Source: Patescibacteria group bacterium (GTDB taxonomy: Bacteria > Patescibacteriota > Patescibacteriia > UBA2591 > UBA4787). Taken from it: 55,753 bases of DNA. The notes beneath the pieces were generated by a model, which did not search any database, was not told the DNA's origin, and worked only from the letters and a program-made list of their open reading frames with translations. Below, in pieces: positions 6,824 through 16,242 of this stretch; the first letter of the stretch is position 1, and every line of letters begins with the position of its first letter. The translations under genes and the position numbers were made by a program. The DNA is taken from the NCBI GenBank assembly GCA_028715115.1, contig JAQUSN010000001.1, positions 133,314 to 189,066 on the forward strand, written 5' to 3'.

Positions 6824-6858
6824 GCCCTCCGACACTAGTCGGAGGGCTCTATTTTTTT
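6824..6858 (+). terminator. Intrinsic terminator
   Basis: GCCCTCCGAC-ACTA-GTCGGAGGGC followed by TCTATTTTTTT. Confidence 0.7.
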
Positions 6859-6859
6859 A

Positions 6860-6887
6860 TTGACAAAAATTACACAAAGAATAAAAT
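6860..6887 (+). promoter_or_regulatory. Promoter of GC-rich cassette 1b
   Basis: TTGACA (6860-6865), 16 nt, TAAAAT (6882-6887). Confidence 0.5.
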
Positions 6888-6907
6888 TTTATTTATAAGG
6901 AGGCTTG

Positions 6908-7126
6908 ATGCAAATGCGAGTGTATGAAGGACGATGTCCGGTGTGCCGAATGCAGGAGATTCTTGAGGCCACCTCCTCTGAAGTGGCCCGAGTAACTCTC
7001 TATCATTTTCACCGGGAACATTATTCGTTTTGCCCTGTCCCCAGACAATGGCTCGTGATCAGAGAAGCTGCCAGGCGCAACCGCCTAATCCCCAGACTTA
7101 CCTCTCTTGCATCGTCGACCGTCTAA
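6908..7126 (+). CDS. GC-rich orphan 72-aa Cys/His-containing protein
   Basis: ATG 4 nt after TAAGGAGG. Contains CPVC...HFHREHYSFC, a possible small zinc-binding fold. A terminator follows immediately. Confidence 0.45.
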   Translation: MQMRVYEGRCPVCRMQEILEATSSEVARVTLYHFHREHYSFCPVPRQWLVIREAARRNRLIPRLTSLASSTV

Positions 7127-7158
7127 AGACCCGGGTCAGACCCGGGTCTTTTATTTTT
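7127..7158 (+). terminator. Intrinsic terminator
   Basis: AGACCCGG-GTCAGAC-CCGGGTCT followed by TTTATTTTT. Confidence 0.7.
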
Positions 7159-7164
7159 AACAAA

Positions 7165-7207
7165 TAAAAATTAAAAAAGAAAAGAGGGCGGGAGACGGCT
7201 CCCGCCC
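7165..7207 (-). terminator. Intrinsic terminator, convergent with the previous one
   Basis: GGGCGGGAG-CCGT-CTCCCGCCC (minus strand) followed by TCTTTTCTTTTTTAATTTTT on the minus strand. Confidence 0.7.
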
Positions 7208-7274
7208 TAGTAGAAACGGAGATTCACATCCCTCCAAAGAAATGCGAAACTCCTTCTGTCCTCGCTCGGCGCCG

Positions 7275-7886
7275 CTAGGTGATGCGGTAGTTCTTCGTCG
7301 AGTTCAGACCGGACCCCTGGTTGTTCAGTGCGACGGCTTCCTTGATGTCGGTGACCAGCATGGCGACGCCCGTGTACAGCGGACCAGTGGCGACAATCGG
7401 GCACAAGTAGCCCGTACCTTCCTGTGCGATCATGGCCTGTGTAGATGCGGCGTTCGTGCCCCAGCTCGCCATTTGCTCTCGGTTGGTTGCGCCGGCCTGG
7501 ATCTGGATCGTCGGGTTGGTCGCGATGGTCTTAAGGTTGGCCTGCGTCGGCCAGATGACGACATCGGACCTCATCGCCAGTAGACATGGCTCGTTTGAAG
7601 CGGATGCGCTGCTGTTGTGGATGAATACGGTCCTGGCTGCCATCGTCGAGGTGCCCGGCCCGTGGTTCATGTTGATCGCGACGGCGAGAACGTCCATGGA
7701 AGGGGGACTGTTCACTGCCGCAGCCGTCGATGTGGACACGATGACCTGGTTCTGGTTGCCCGCGTCGTTCTCGAACGCCGATGACGAAGTGCTCGATGTG
7801 TTAAGCGCGACCTCGCTCCTCGGAGGTGACGCCGCGACCATCGACACCAGTACCAGGCAGCAAGCTAGCGTGAGAAGTTTCCTCAT
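7275..7886 (-). CDS. GC-rich orphan secreted protein (Ala/Ser/Thr/Asn-rich)
   Basis: ATG 6 nt after AAGGGAG. Signal peptide MRKLLTLACCLVLVSMVAA. 203 aa and low complexity. A terminator lies 68 nt downstream. Confidence 0.55.
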   Translation of the reverse strand: MRKLLTLACCLVLVSMVAASPPRSEVALNTSSTSSSAFENDAGNQNQVIVSTSTAAAVNSPPSMDVLAVAINMNHGPGTSTMAARTVFIHNSSASASNEPCLLAMRSDVVIWPTQANLKTIATNPTIQIQAGATNREQMASWGTNAASTQAMIAQEGTGYLCPIVATGPLYTGVAMLVTDIKEAVALNNQGSGLNSTKNYRIT

Positions 7887-8109
7887 CACGCACTCCCTTC
7901 TTCCCTTTGTGAGGGAATGCCACCAAAGGTCATCCCGCGCAGGGATAGGTGGCGCTTAGGATGTTAAAGCTGCCTCTCTGCGGTCAACCACGCATGGCTG
8001 ACATCTGACATCGTTCCTCCGCGAGGCAAACGATGCTAGATTGCATTGATTATAAAATAACAGATTAATAAAATTTGTAAAGTTATTGGTGGGGAAAATT
8101 AATAATTTT

Positions 8110-8380
8110 GAAAATTAAAGAGAGGGAGCCAACACCGGTGAGGGTGTGTTGGCTCCCTTAAGGGAATACAGCTGGCACAACAAGTGGAGGCGCGACTTGC
8201 TCTGTCTCTGCTCCCTTTTCGGCGGTGGCTGCAGGTGATGCAGGTGCTCGGAAAAAAATGGATCCCCTTGTTGTTTGTTCTGTTAGTTTTCTCGGTAAGC
8301 TGGCGAGAGTTCGGGTTCCTCGAAAGTGAATATAGCAGGTTAGGCACCGAGCAAGACAACAGAACCTCCATCCATATTTT
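8110..8380 (-). other. GC-rich structured segment ending in a minus-strand terminator (unclassified RNA or leader)
   Basis: Terminator GGGAGCCAACAC-ACCCTCACCG-GTGTTGGCTCCC plus TCTCTTTAATTTTC on the minus strand (8110..8157). A long imperfect stem pairs 8275..8296 with 8346..8367. Tracked ORFs on both strands lack an SD or run through the terminator. Confidence 0.3.
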
Positions 8381-8449
8381 TAGTATGATACTTTTATTTT
8401 AAAAATGAAGCTGAAAATAGTGGATAACTTTTACGGATCAAATTTCTAA

Positions 8450-8481
8450 CAAACACAAAAGAGCGAGAAAATTTCTCGCTC
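8450..8481 (-). terminator. Intrinsic terminator of the polysaccharide-locus transcript
   Basis: GAGCGAGAAA-TT-TTCTCGCTC followed by TTTTGTGTTTG on the minus strand. Confidence 0.6.
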
Positions 8482-8521
8482 TTCTACTTAAAATAATTTA
8501 TTAATTATAATTAATAAATTA

Positions 8522-9073
8522 TTATGAAACAGTTTTGTTTTTTGGAAAAACCCTTTGCCATAAAGCCTTTGTCTCTAAATTTTCGTTTACTACCACCCAA
8601 CGATACAAAAGCGGACTAATAATAATTGCCAAGGCGATGTTACCAACCAAATGCATGGCCGTAAAAGGAATCTGCCCCGTTAACGACTGCATAAATGATT
8701 GATGAAAAAATAAAGGACCGATACTTAAACCGGTCGCTGCATCATATAAAATCGTTGCGATCACCGAATAGCCGACATAATTGATAACCTTGCTGGCTCG
8801 ATTTTTGAAAAACCACCAAGCACCTAAACCAACCAAACCATAGGCTACGCCTGTAATCAAGGTCCAGATGCCTGTTTTTCCGACAATCAGATCAAATAAA
8901 ACTATACTTAAAAATCCATAAACAAAACCAGCGATTGCGCCATATTTTTTTGTTAATGGCATTTGAGTGGCCAAAATTGGCTCTAAATTTGGCGCGCGCA
9001 GAGGGATTAAGCGAACAACAAGGCAGGTTAACCAGGAAATAATAATTTTCGGCCAACTATTTTTTATATTCAT
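8522..9073 (-). CDS. Polytopic membrane protein, possibly an ECF-type S-component/DUF6580-like transporter
   Basis: 183 aa with 5-6 TM segments. The N-terminal VRLIPLRAPNLEPI motif resembles that family. Confidence 0.35.
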   Translation of the reverse strand: MNIKNSWPKIIISWLTCLVVRLIPLRAPNLEPILATQMPLTKKYGAIAGFVYGFLSIVLFDLIVGKTGIWTLITGVAYGLVGLGAWWFFKNRASKVINYVGYSVIATILYDAATGLSIGPLFFHQSFMQSLTGQIPFTAMHLVGNIALAIIISPLLYRWVVVNENLETKALWQRVFPKNKTVS

Positions 9074-9091
9074 AAATCTTAAATTAAACCG

Positions 9092-9937
9092 CTAGTAATT
9101 TATCGTTTTTTTCTTGGAAATGGATTCGGCGACAAAGGCGTAGCAAATAGCAATAATAAAACCAAAAACTGCAGCCACGGTAACATTTAATCTTTTATTC
9201 GGCTTAATTGGATAAGCTGGCAAAACGGGAGGAATGTCTATGCTTGATTCTTGACTTAAATAATTTAATTCTCTTTGTTTATTGTAAAGTTGCTTTTGCA
9301 ATTCCTCCCATCTGAACTTAGCCGCCTGTCGCGCCTCAATATAGCTAGCCGTAATATAGCCCTGCGCCTCAGAAGTTGTACCGGCCAATGCTTTTATTTT
9401 AACATCAAAATCGGCAATCGCATCAGCGTTTTTAATCAAATCCTCCTGTAAAAGACCAATCTCCGCTTCTAAATTAGGCTTGAAACGCGAAGCTATAAGG
9501 TTTTCCCTGTTAATAATAAACTTATTGATTACGTCGATTTTTTGTTTTGTTCTTTGTGGGGTCGAATCATAAGCTTTTACCTCCAACGAATCGCCACTAA
9601 TCGAAACTTTGAATGTGCCAGCTAAATATCCAAAGTTTGATTCTGGTATTTTTAGTTGTCGGCAAAGCTCTCTTAAAACTGCTTCTTGTTTTAAAACTTC
9701 AATAACATTATTTAGAGATTCAACTGTTTTGCCGGAAATTTTTGCCGGCACAATAAGCGAAGAAGCCTGATAAGTTTTGGGTAATAAAAAGCTGATTGTA
9801 ATGGCCAGAATAATAATGGTTATAAAAATGGCCGAGACGATTTTGCGGCGTCGCCAAACAACACGCGCATAGTCGCTCAAATTAATTTCTAGCTCCTCGT
9901 CATAATATGGTTTTTGAGAATTTTGTTGATTATCCAT
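9092..9937 (-). CDS. Wzz-type polysaccharide chain-length determinant
   Basis: 281 aa. N- and C-terminal TM helices flank a coiled region. Wzz-like N-terminus (INLSDYARVVWRRRKIV...LLPKTYQASS). Confidence 0.65.
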   Translation of the reverse strand: MDNQQNSQKPYYDEELEINLSDYARVVWRRRKIVSAIFITIIILAITISFLLPKTYQASSLIVPAKISGKTVESLNNVIEVLKQEAVLRELCRQLKIPESNFGYLAGTFKVSISGDSLEVKAYDSTPQRTKQKIDVINKFIINRENLIASRFKPNLEAEIGLLQEDLIKNADAIADFDVKIKALAGTTSEAQGYITASYIEARQAAKFRWEELQKQLYNKQRELNYLSQESSIDIPPVLPAYPIKPNKRLNVTVAAVFGFIIAICYAFVAESISKKKTINY

Positions 9938-9948
9938 AAAAATATAAA

Positions 9949-11403
9949 TTATCTAGAATTATAATATTTCGAGTCGGTCGGATTTTTAAGGTCACCGCGT
10001 TGAAGAGCGTTATAAATTTCAATAATCCCGTCTTTAACCGTTTTGGTTGGAAAAAAATTGAACACCATCTTTACCTTATTAAATAAAACGTTGTAATTAC
10101 GCTCATCTAGGCTATTTGTTAAAATATTAATTTTTGTTTCGGGCATAATTTCTTTAATTAATTTTGATATGTCCGAAATTAAATAATTTTCCTCATTAGC
10201 ACCAAGATTAAAAATTTGTCCATTAATTTTTTGAAGGGGTGTTCGTAGACAAACCAATAATGTATTGGTAATATCTTCAACATGAATGAACGGTCGCCAT
10301 TGATTACCGCCAAAAATCATAATTTCTTTTTCTGTATAGGCTTTCATGGTTAATAGATTAACCACCAAATCAAAGCGCATACGCGGCGATAAACCATAAA
10401 CAGTAGAAAATCTAAAAACAATTGGTAAAAATTTTTCGCTAGTCATTTTAATCAATTCTTTCTCGGCATAAATTTTGCTTTCGGCATACAAAGAAACTGG
10501 ATTTAAGACAGAACTCTCAGTTAATTCTTCATTCCCGCTGGCCCCGTAGCTGCTACAGGTCGACGCGAATATAAAGCGGCGAATCCCCTTGTCGCGACAT
10601 ATTTTGGCTAAATTAACCGTTGATAAATAATTAGTTTTAATCGCCAAATCAGGCTTAGCGGCGCAGGCCGGATCGCCCACAATAGCCGCTAGATGAACCA
10701 CTGCATCAACGTCTTCCAACGCTCTTTTTAGTTCGTCTTGATTCTGTATATCACCTTCTAAAAATAAAAAATTAGGGTTCTGAAACAAATCTTTAATCGA
10801 TTGATCGCCAAAGAGCAATTTATCTATTACTTTAACTCGATAATTATTTTGTAAAAGTTTTCTCGCCAGAACTGAACCGATATAGCCAGCGCCACCGGTT
10901 ATCAAGACAGTATTAATTCGTTCTTTTTCTGATGGATCTCTTTTCTTTAAAAAAAACTTCCATTTATTTTCTGACGATAATTCTTTTTTAATTAATTGCC
11001 AATAAATTCTTTTTGAAAAACGAACTGCTACCACAAACATAAATAATAAAATGCCATAAGAAAAAATAATTGCGCGCGGAAAACTATCTATCCACGGTTG
11101 ATTACGAAAAATCAGAACACTCATGGCAAAAAATGATGTACTGATAATAACCGAAGCTAATATTTTAGGAATATCTGTCAGACTTATATAAGACCCTGAT
11201 AAACGATAAAGTTTTTGAATTAAAAAGGTCGGAAGAGTAACTAAGATCGCGATAATGGTTGCCCAGAAGATTAAGGACATTTTGGCGTTTGGTATATGAC
11301 CATCGAACCTGAATAAAAAAGAAATATATATTGCCAGAACAATACAAATTAGATCAACGATTATTAGGGTTAAGGTTTTATTTTTATATAATTTTTCTTT
11401 CAT
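9949..11403 (-). CDS. Membrane-anchored NAD-dependent sugar epimerase/dehydratase (PglF/WbpM-like architecture)
   Basis: 484 aa. Four N-terminal TM helices, then an SDR domain with TGGAGYIGS and YAESK motifs. Confidence 0.65.
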   Translation of the reverse strand: MKEKLYKNKTLTLIIVDLICIVLAIYISFLFRFDGHIPNAKMSLIFWATIIAILVTLPTFLIQKLYRLSGSYISLTDIPKILASVIISTSFFAMSVLIFRNQPWIDSFPRAIIFSYGILLFMFVVAVRFSKRIYWQLIKKELSSENKWKFFLKKRDPSEKERINTVLITGGAGYIGSVLARKLLQNNYRVKVIDKLLFGDQSIKDLFQNPNFLFLEGDIQNQDELKRALEDVDAVVHLAAIVGDPACAAKPDLAIKTNYLSTVNLAKICRDKGIRRFIFASTCSSYGASGNEELTESSVLNPVSLYAESKIYAEKELIKMTSEKFLPIVFRFSTVYGLSPRMRFDLVVNLLTMKAYTEKEIMIFGGNQWRPFIHVEDITNTLLVCLRTPLQKINGQIFNLGANEENYLISDISKLIKEIMPETKINILTNSLDERNYNVLFNKVKMVFNFFPTKTVKDGIIEIYNALQRGDLKNPTDSKYYNSR

Positions 11404-11410
11404 TTACAAA

Positions 11411-12550
11411 CTAGCTTATGGTTTTTAAAATTCTTTTAAATGTGCGGGCGATATATTTAATTTGCCTTTTTGTAAGATTATTATAAAACGGTAAAGCAAT
11501 GGTGCGGTCAGAAATAAATTCAGAAATAGGAAAATCTCCTATATTATAACCAAAAGTTTTTTTAAATAATGGCTGCAGATGTATCGAGGGAAAATAATTA
11601 TTACACCCCACTCCATTCTCGCGCAATAATTTTAATATCCGATCTCGTTGAATAATATTATACTTATCGCCTAATCTAATAATATAGGCCTGCCAGCTCA
11701 TCTTAATATTGGGAGCCACCTGCGGCAATATAATCTCAGAAATATCTTTCAGATAATAATTATACATTTTAGCGACCTTGGCTCTTTTAGCGATCATCTC
11801 TCTTAAACGAGTGGTTTGGGCATAGCCTAGAGCGCAATTTATTTCACTAATGCGATAATTATGGCCCAAACGCACGTGCTCTAGCCATTTTTGATCGCCC
11901 CCCCGACCCTGATTACGCATACTTCTAGACAGTTCAGCAATTTTATCATTGTTAGTCACCACAAATCCGCCCTCACCGGTTGTCATCTGTTTATTGGGAT
12001 AAAAAGCAAAGGCACCGGCTTCGCCAAAACAACCACAATTAATCCATCTTCTTCTCGTCTTCGAATAATAAGATGAACCGATGGCCTCACAAGAGTCTTC
12101 GATAATTTTTAAATTATACTTCTGGGCAATTCTTATAATCGGATCCCAGTCGGCCGGATAACCAAAAACATCAATCGGCAAAATTGCTCGAGTTTTTTTA
12201 GTAATTGCTTTTTCGATTTTCTTAGGATCGATATTAAATGTTTTAGGGTCAATGTCGACAAAAACCGGCCTAGCACGTTCAAATATTACACAAGTAGCAG
12301 AAGAAATAAAGGTAAACGGAGAAGTAATCACTTCGTCGCCATCTTTGATGCCAAGTGATTTAACGATTAGATGTAAAGCCGAGGTGCCACTATTAACGGC
12401 GATGGCGTGTTTGATTCCAATGAATTTAGCAAAGGCCTGCTCAAATTTGGGCAACCATGGACCCAAACTCAAGATTGGCGTTTTTAAAACAGACATTACG
12501 GCTTGACGTTCTTTGTTTGTAATATCTGGCCGCGCTAAAGGAATATTCAT
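11411..12550 (-). CDS. DegT/DnrJ/EryC1-family PLP sugar aminotransferase (PglE/WecE-like)
   Basis: 379 aa. AVNSGTSALHL, the lysine-containing region FYPNKQMTTGEGG, and NYRISEI are typical of the family. Confidence 0.8.
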   Translation of the reverse strand: MNIPLARPDITNKERQAVMSVLKTPILSLGPWLPKFEQAFAKFIGIKHAIAVNSGTSALHLIVKSLGIKDGDEVITSPFTFISSATCVIFERARPVFVDIDPKTFNIDPKKIEKAITKKTRAILPIDVFGYPADWDPIIRIAQKYNLKIIEDSCEAIGSSYYSKTRRRWINCGCFGEAGAFAFYPNKQMTTGEGGFVVTNNDKIAELSRSMRNQGRGGDQKWLEHVRLGHNYRISEINCALGYAQTTRLREMIAKRAKVAKMYNYYLKDISEIILPQVAPNIKMSWQAYIIRLGDKYNIIQRDRILKLLRENGVGCNNYFPSIHLQPLFKKTFGYNIGDFPISEFISDRTIALPFYNNLTKRQIKYIARTFKRILKTIS

Positions 12551-12686
12551 AATCTTACTATAATAAAAATACTAATAATGACATTATAAGACAATAATAG
12601 CGCAGTGTCAAGAAATTTTTTTAAAAATAGGACTGCTGATTAAAAGCACTCCTATCAGCCCACTTAACAAAATATAAAAATAATTG

Positions 12687-13301
12687 CTATTTGGCATGAG
12701 CGGGCACACCCATTACCATTGAATTGTCGGGTATATCTCTTATTACCGCCGCCCCCATACCAATTGTACAGCAAACGCCCACATTGCAATACTGACGAAT
12801 ACAACTATTGGCGCCGACAAAACTAAAGTCGCCGACTTTAACGCCACCACAAAGACAAGCTTGTGGAGCAATATGAACCGCGTAACCGACAATATCGTCA
12901 TGGTCCAAGCTGGCGCCAGTATTAATAATACAATCTTCCCCAATAATAACGCCGGGGTTAATAATGGCTCCGGCCGCCACCAATGTCCCAGATTGAATAT
13001 TGGTTTGTAATTTAGAAATAATAGTTCCCGGATGTATAAGTATCGGAAGACTAAACCCCAACTCTCTTAAAAGCTTCGCCTTGTCTCGACGAATTTTATT
13101 ATCACCGATGGCTACAAATGCTGTTTTTACGTTCTTGGGAATTTGTTTTATTCCTTGATAAACCGGCTGATCTAAAAATGTACTTTTTTCGTCGCAATCG
13201 TCTACAAAGCCAACAATGTGGTATTCTCCTCTCAACCGAATAATATCGGCCACTACTTTGGCGTGACCCCCGGTCCCATAAATAATAATCGACTTGGACA
13301 T
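12687..13301 (-). CDS. NeuD/PglD-family sugar N-acetyltransferase (left-handed beta-helix)
   Basis: Start moved to ATG 13301. N-terminal Rossmann-like IIIYGTGGHAKVV followed by hexapeptide repeats. Confidence 0.75.
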   Translation of the reverse strand: MSKSIIIYGTGGHAKVVADIIRLRGEYHIVGFVDDCDEKSTFLDQPVYQGIKQIPKNVKTAFVAIGDNKIRRDKAKLLRELGFSLPILIHPGTIISKLQTNIQSGTLVAAGAIINPGVIIGEDCIINTGASLDHDDIVGYAVHIAPQACLCGGVKVGDFSFVGANSCIRQYCNVGVCCTIGMGAAVIRDIPDNSMVMGVPAHAK

Positions 13302-13438
13302 ATATTCTTTATTAGGCGTGACCAACGTGGCGTCGATCGCGCCGATTATCTACTTTTTATTCCCCCACCCCCAAGATTAACAAAAACCAGAAAAAGGGTC
13401 AACCCGTCTCCGATAAAATAAAAATTAAAGATTAATAG

Positions 13439-14029
13439 CTAAAAACGTAACAATAAATATCGAATCGTTTGACAAAAAATAATGAAGTCTGACCACAAAC
13501 TCCATCTCTGAATATAATCTTCATCTAATTCAATAATCTTTTCGTCGGAAATTGTTTTGTTTTTATATATATATAATTGAGAGGGACCCGTCATCCCCGG
13601 CAAGACATCTGTCCTCTTTCCTTTTAATCGTGAATTAGCATGAACCCTGGGCAAAAAAAATGGTCTCGGCCCAACGAAGCTCATGTCCCCCCGGATGACA
13701 TTAAATAATTGTGGGATTTCGTCCATATGAGACCGCCTCAACCAAAAACCAAATAAAAAGACGCGCGGATCATGACCAGACAACTCATATCGAATAGTTT
13801 GATCTACGGATATGTTACTTGGGCTAAGCGACATAGTCCGAAACTTCCATATCCTAAAAATTTTACCATGATAACCGACTCTTTCTTGTCGGAAAAATAA
13901 AGGTCCATTGGGCGACGATACTTTAATTCCAAGAATAATTAGTAAAAATAATGGGCTTAAGATAATCAAAGCACCCGACGAAAAGACAACATCTATAGTT
14001 CTTTTTGCTGCTCTCGAGAGATTTAGCAT
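13439..14029 (-). CDS. PglC/WbaP-type initiating phosphoglycosyl transferase
   Basis: 196 aa, one N-terminal TM helix, DEIPQLFNVIRGDMSFVGPRP motif. Confidence 0.8.
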   Translation of the reverse strand: MLNLSRAAKRTIDVVFSSGALIILSPLFLLIILGIKVSSPNGPLFFRQERVGYHGKIFRIWKFRTMSLSPSNISVDQTIRYELSGHDPRVFLFGFWLRRSHMDEIPQLFNVIRGDMSFVGPRPFFLPRVHANSRLKGKRTDVLPGMTGPSQLYIYKNKTISDEKIIELDEDYIQRWSLWSDFIIFCQTIRYLLLRF

Positions 14030-15255
14030 TGATTAGTCAAATTTAAAATAAATAATAAATATTTTTCGGCTAATTTCTGGCGGTCAAAATTTTGTGTGAC
14101 AAATCGATAACCATTTTCACCAAAAATTTTTACTTCTTCCGGGTGTTGATATAGACGCAGAGTGGCTTCCTTGAATTGTTGAACATTCTCTGGCTCAACA
14201 AAAAGACCGGCCTGAGCTTGATTAATCACTAATTTTCTGGCCGCGCCATCAATCGGCAAAATAGTCGGTTTTTTACAAGACATATAATCAAAAACCTTAT
14301 TGGGGTAGGTGGTCGTATAAATCTTTTTTAAAACAGCAGTACAGACATCCGCTGCATTAATAAAATCCACAATTTTATTTTTTGGCATCGACTCTAAAAA
14401 CTGAATATTAGTTAGATTCTTTTCTCGGACAACTTTTTGCAATTGAGGCTTCTCCATTCCATTGCCAATCAAAACGAATAAAATCTCTGGATTGGTTCGA
14501 AGTGATTCGGCCACATTAATCAATTGAATTAAATTATTGGCCACGCCATGGGCCCCAACATAAAGAATAATAAATTTATTGTCCCAATGATATTGTTGGC
14601 GTACCCAATTATCTTTTGGGCCCGGCAAAAAAATATCTAAGTCAGCACCGTTAGGAATATAAATAATTTTATCTTTTTTTACCCCCTTTTCTGAAATTAG
14701 ATATTCCTCAAAAGCCGGGGTTAGCACGTTGACTAAATCAGCCTGGCGATAAATAAACGCTTCCAGCCAAAGTGATAATTTAATAATTAATTTGTTCTTC
14801 AATATCCCCTCATCAATCGCAAACTTTGGCCAAAGATCGCGAACTTCAAAAATTAAGGGGGCTCGCTTAAAAATCTTTGCCAAATACCCGGGGATAGCTA
14901 CAAATAAAGGCGGGGATGTAGTAACAATAACATCCGGCCGAGAGACACAAAATAAAATTGCCCAGATCGAAGAAAAAACGAAAGAAAAATAAGCCCACAA
15001 TCGACCCAAAAAATTTTTATTATATTGTTCTGAAACGAAACAACGATAAACCGTAATACCGTCATCAATTATCTCTTTGTTGACCCACTTATTTTTATAA
15101 TTATTTAATTTTTTACCACTAGTATAATCTACCATTCCACTCACCACTGTAACTTTATGTCCGCAGCCAGCCCAATATTTGGCGAATTGATTGAATCGTG
15201 AACCGCCCACCCCGTTCTTTTCTAAAAAATATTGATGAATAATTAAGATGTTCAT
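14023..15255 (-). CDS. GT4-family glycosyltransferase
   Basis: 410 aa with a GT-B fold signature (N-terminal GGSRFNQFAKYW; C-terminal E..P.K.FDYM). Confidence 0.7.
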   Translation of the reverse strand: MNILIIHQYFLEKNGVGGSRFNQFAKYWAGCGHKVTVVSGMVDYTSGKKLNNYKNKWVNKEIIDDGITVYRCFVSEQYNKNFLGRLWAYFSFVFSSIWAILFCVSRPDVIVTTSPPLFVAIPGYLAKIFKRAPLIFEVRDLWPKFAIDEGILKNKLIIKLSLWLEAFIYRQADLVNVLTPAFEEYLISEKGVKKDKIIYIPNGADLDIFLPGPKDNWVRQQYHWDNKFIILYVGAHGVANNLIQLINVAESLRTNPEILFVLIGNGMEKPQLQKVVREKNLTNIQFLESMPKNKIVDFINAADVCTAVLKKIYTTTYPNKVFDYMSCKKPTILPIDGAARKLVINQAQAGLFVEPENVQQFKEATLRLYQHPEEVKIFGENGYRFVTQNFDRQKLAEKYLLFILNLTNQC

Positions 15256-15257
15256 GA

Positions 15258-16238
15258 TTAATAATAAAAAATTTTGAAAACTGTTTTATACATCTGACTT
15301 AATAAAATAAATAGTTTATTTTTCTGATATTTGTCCCAGCGGTCATGATAAAATTTAAAAATCGGTTTATTGGTCATCCGATACATAATTTCTAATTGCA
15401 CAACATGTAAAGAATGATAAAAACGGCTAGTCAACATTTTCATTTTTGTCCCAGACTGTTCATACAAAGACCAAAAACCGGCATCAAAATATGATAAATT
15501 ATTTCTTAGTGTTTCTAAACAATTGTCAAAAAGATCTTTAGCGCTGACTTCTTTGGTTAACAACCAATAATCCCAAACGCCCATTAATGTCCATAAAAAA
15601 CCATTTAAAATGTGAGTTGGCGGTTCAACAATAGTTTCTTCTAACCAATAATCACCGTGCCGATCAATATCAAGAACCCCTCCTTTCTTAATGGAAACCA
15701 AAAGAGAAGCAAATGCCTTTTGTGCGGCAGCTAAATATTTCTCCTCTTTGGTCGTCAGATAAATTCTAACTAAAAGCGAAATGCCATTTCCCTGAGCTAG
15801 GGCCGAATACCAAGGAGCCTTTAATTTATCGCGATACTCCCAATCAAAGTGATGCATCCAGACCAATATGCCTTGATCATTTTTCTCTAAATTATCGACC
15901 AGCCAGTTGGCTTGCCTAATGGCAATATATAGATTTTGTTGATTATGATTTTGTTGATACAAATTATAATGCCCCAAGCCATATTGAGCGATAGCAATTG
16001 GATTATATTGTTGACCAATCTGACCATGATAATCCAAAAGAGGTATACCGCCCGAATCAAACGGACCAAGATATTTGGTCTTATCAAAAAAGGTCATGTA
16101 GTATTGATCTAAGCTATCAAATACCGCGGCCTCATTAACGGCGGGTCTTTCGTGCCAAAAAGTTAATTGGCTATTACTTTTCCCGAGATAAGAAGCAAAA
16201 ACTCTTTGCCAATAATTCAAACGCGACTTTAAGCTCAT
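15258..16238 (-). CDS. D-glucuronyl C5-epimerase C-terminal-domain-like protein
   Basis: 326 aa. WYSALAQGNGISLLVRIY resembles the SAMAQG motif of Glce-type epimerases. Confidence 0.45.
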   Translation of the reverse strand: MSLKSRLNYWQRVFASYLGKSNSQLTFWHERPAVNEAAVFDSLDQYYMTFFDKTKYLGPFDSGGIPLLDYHGQIGQQYNPIAIAQYGLGHYNLYQQNHNQQNLYIAIRQANWLVDNLEKNDQGILVWMHHFDWEYRDKLKAPWYSALAQGNGISLLVRIYLTTKEEKYLAAAQKAFASLLVSIKKGGVLDIDRHGDYWLEETIVEPPTHILNGFLWTLMGVWDYWLLTKEVSAKDLFDNCLETLRNNLSYFDAGFWSLYEQSGTKMKMLTSRFYHSLHVVQLEIMYRMTNKPIFKFYHDRWDKYQKNKLFILLSQMYKTVFKIFYY

Positions 16239-16242
16239 ATTT

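Noticed and set aside
6804-6950. ORF starting ATG 6808 after CCAAGGAGG
   Set aside because: SD spacing is only 3 nt, and the frame runs through a strong terminator and the next promoter.
7207-7959. Long ORFs 7242..7583(+), 7432..7959(+) and 7207..7404(-) overlapping the secreted-protein gene
   Set aside because: GC-rich DNA has few stop codons in any frame. Only the minus-strand 7275..7886 frame has an SD, a signal peptide and a terminator.
8099-8402. Protein-coding calls for ORFs 8099..8371(-) and 8184..8402(+)
   Set aside because: The minus ORF lacks an SD and translates through a terminator hairpin. The plus ORF lacks a credible promoter and SD. The region is treated as candidate RNA instead.
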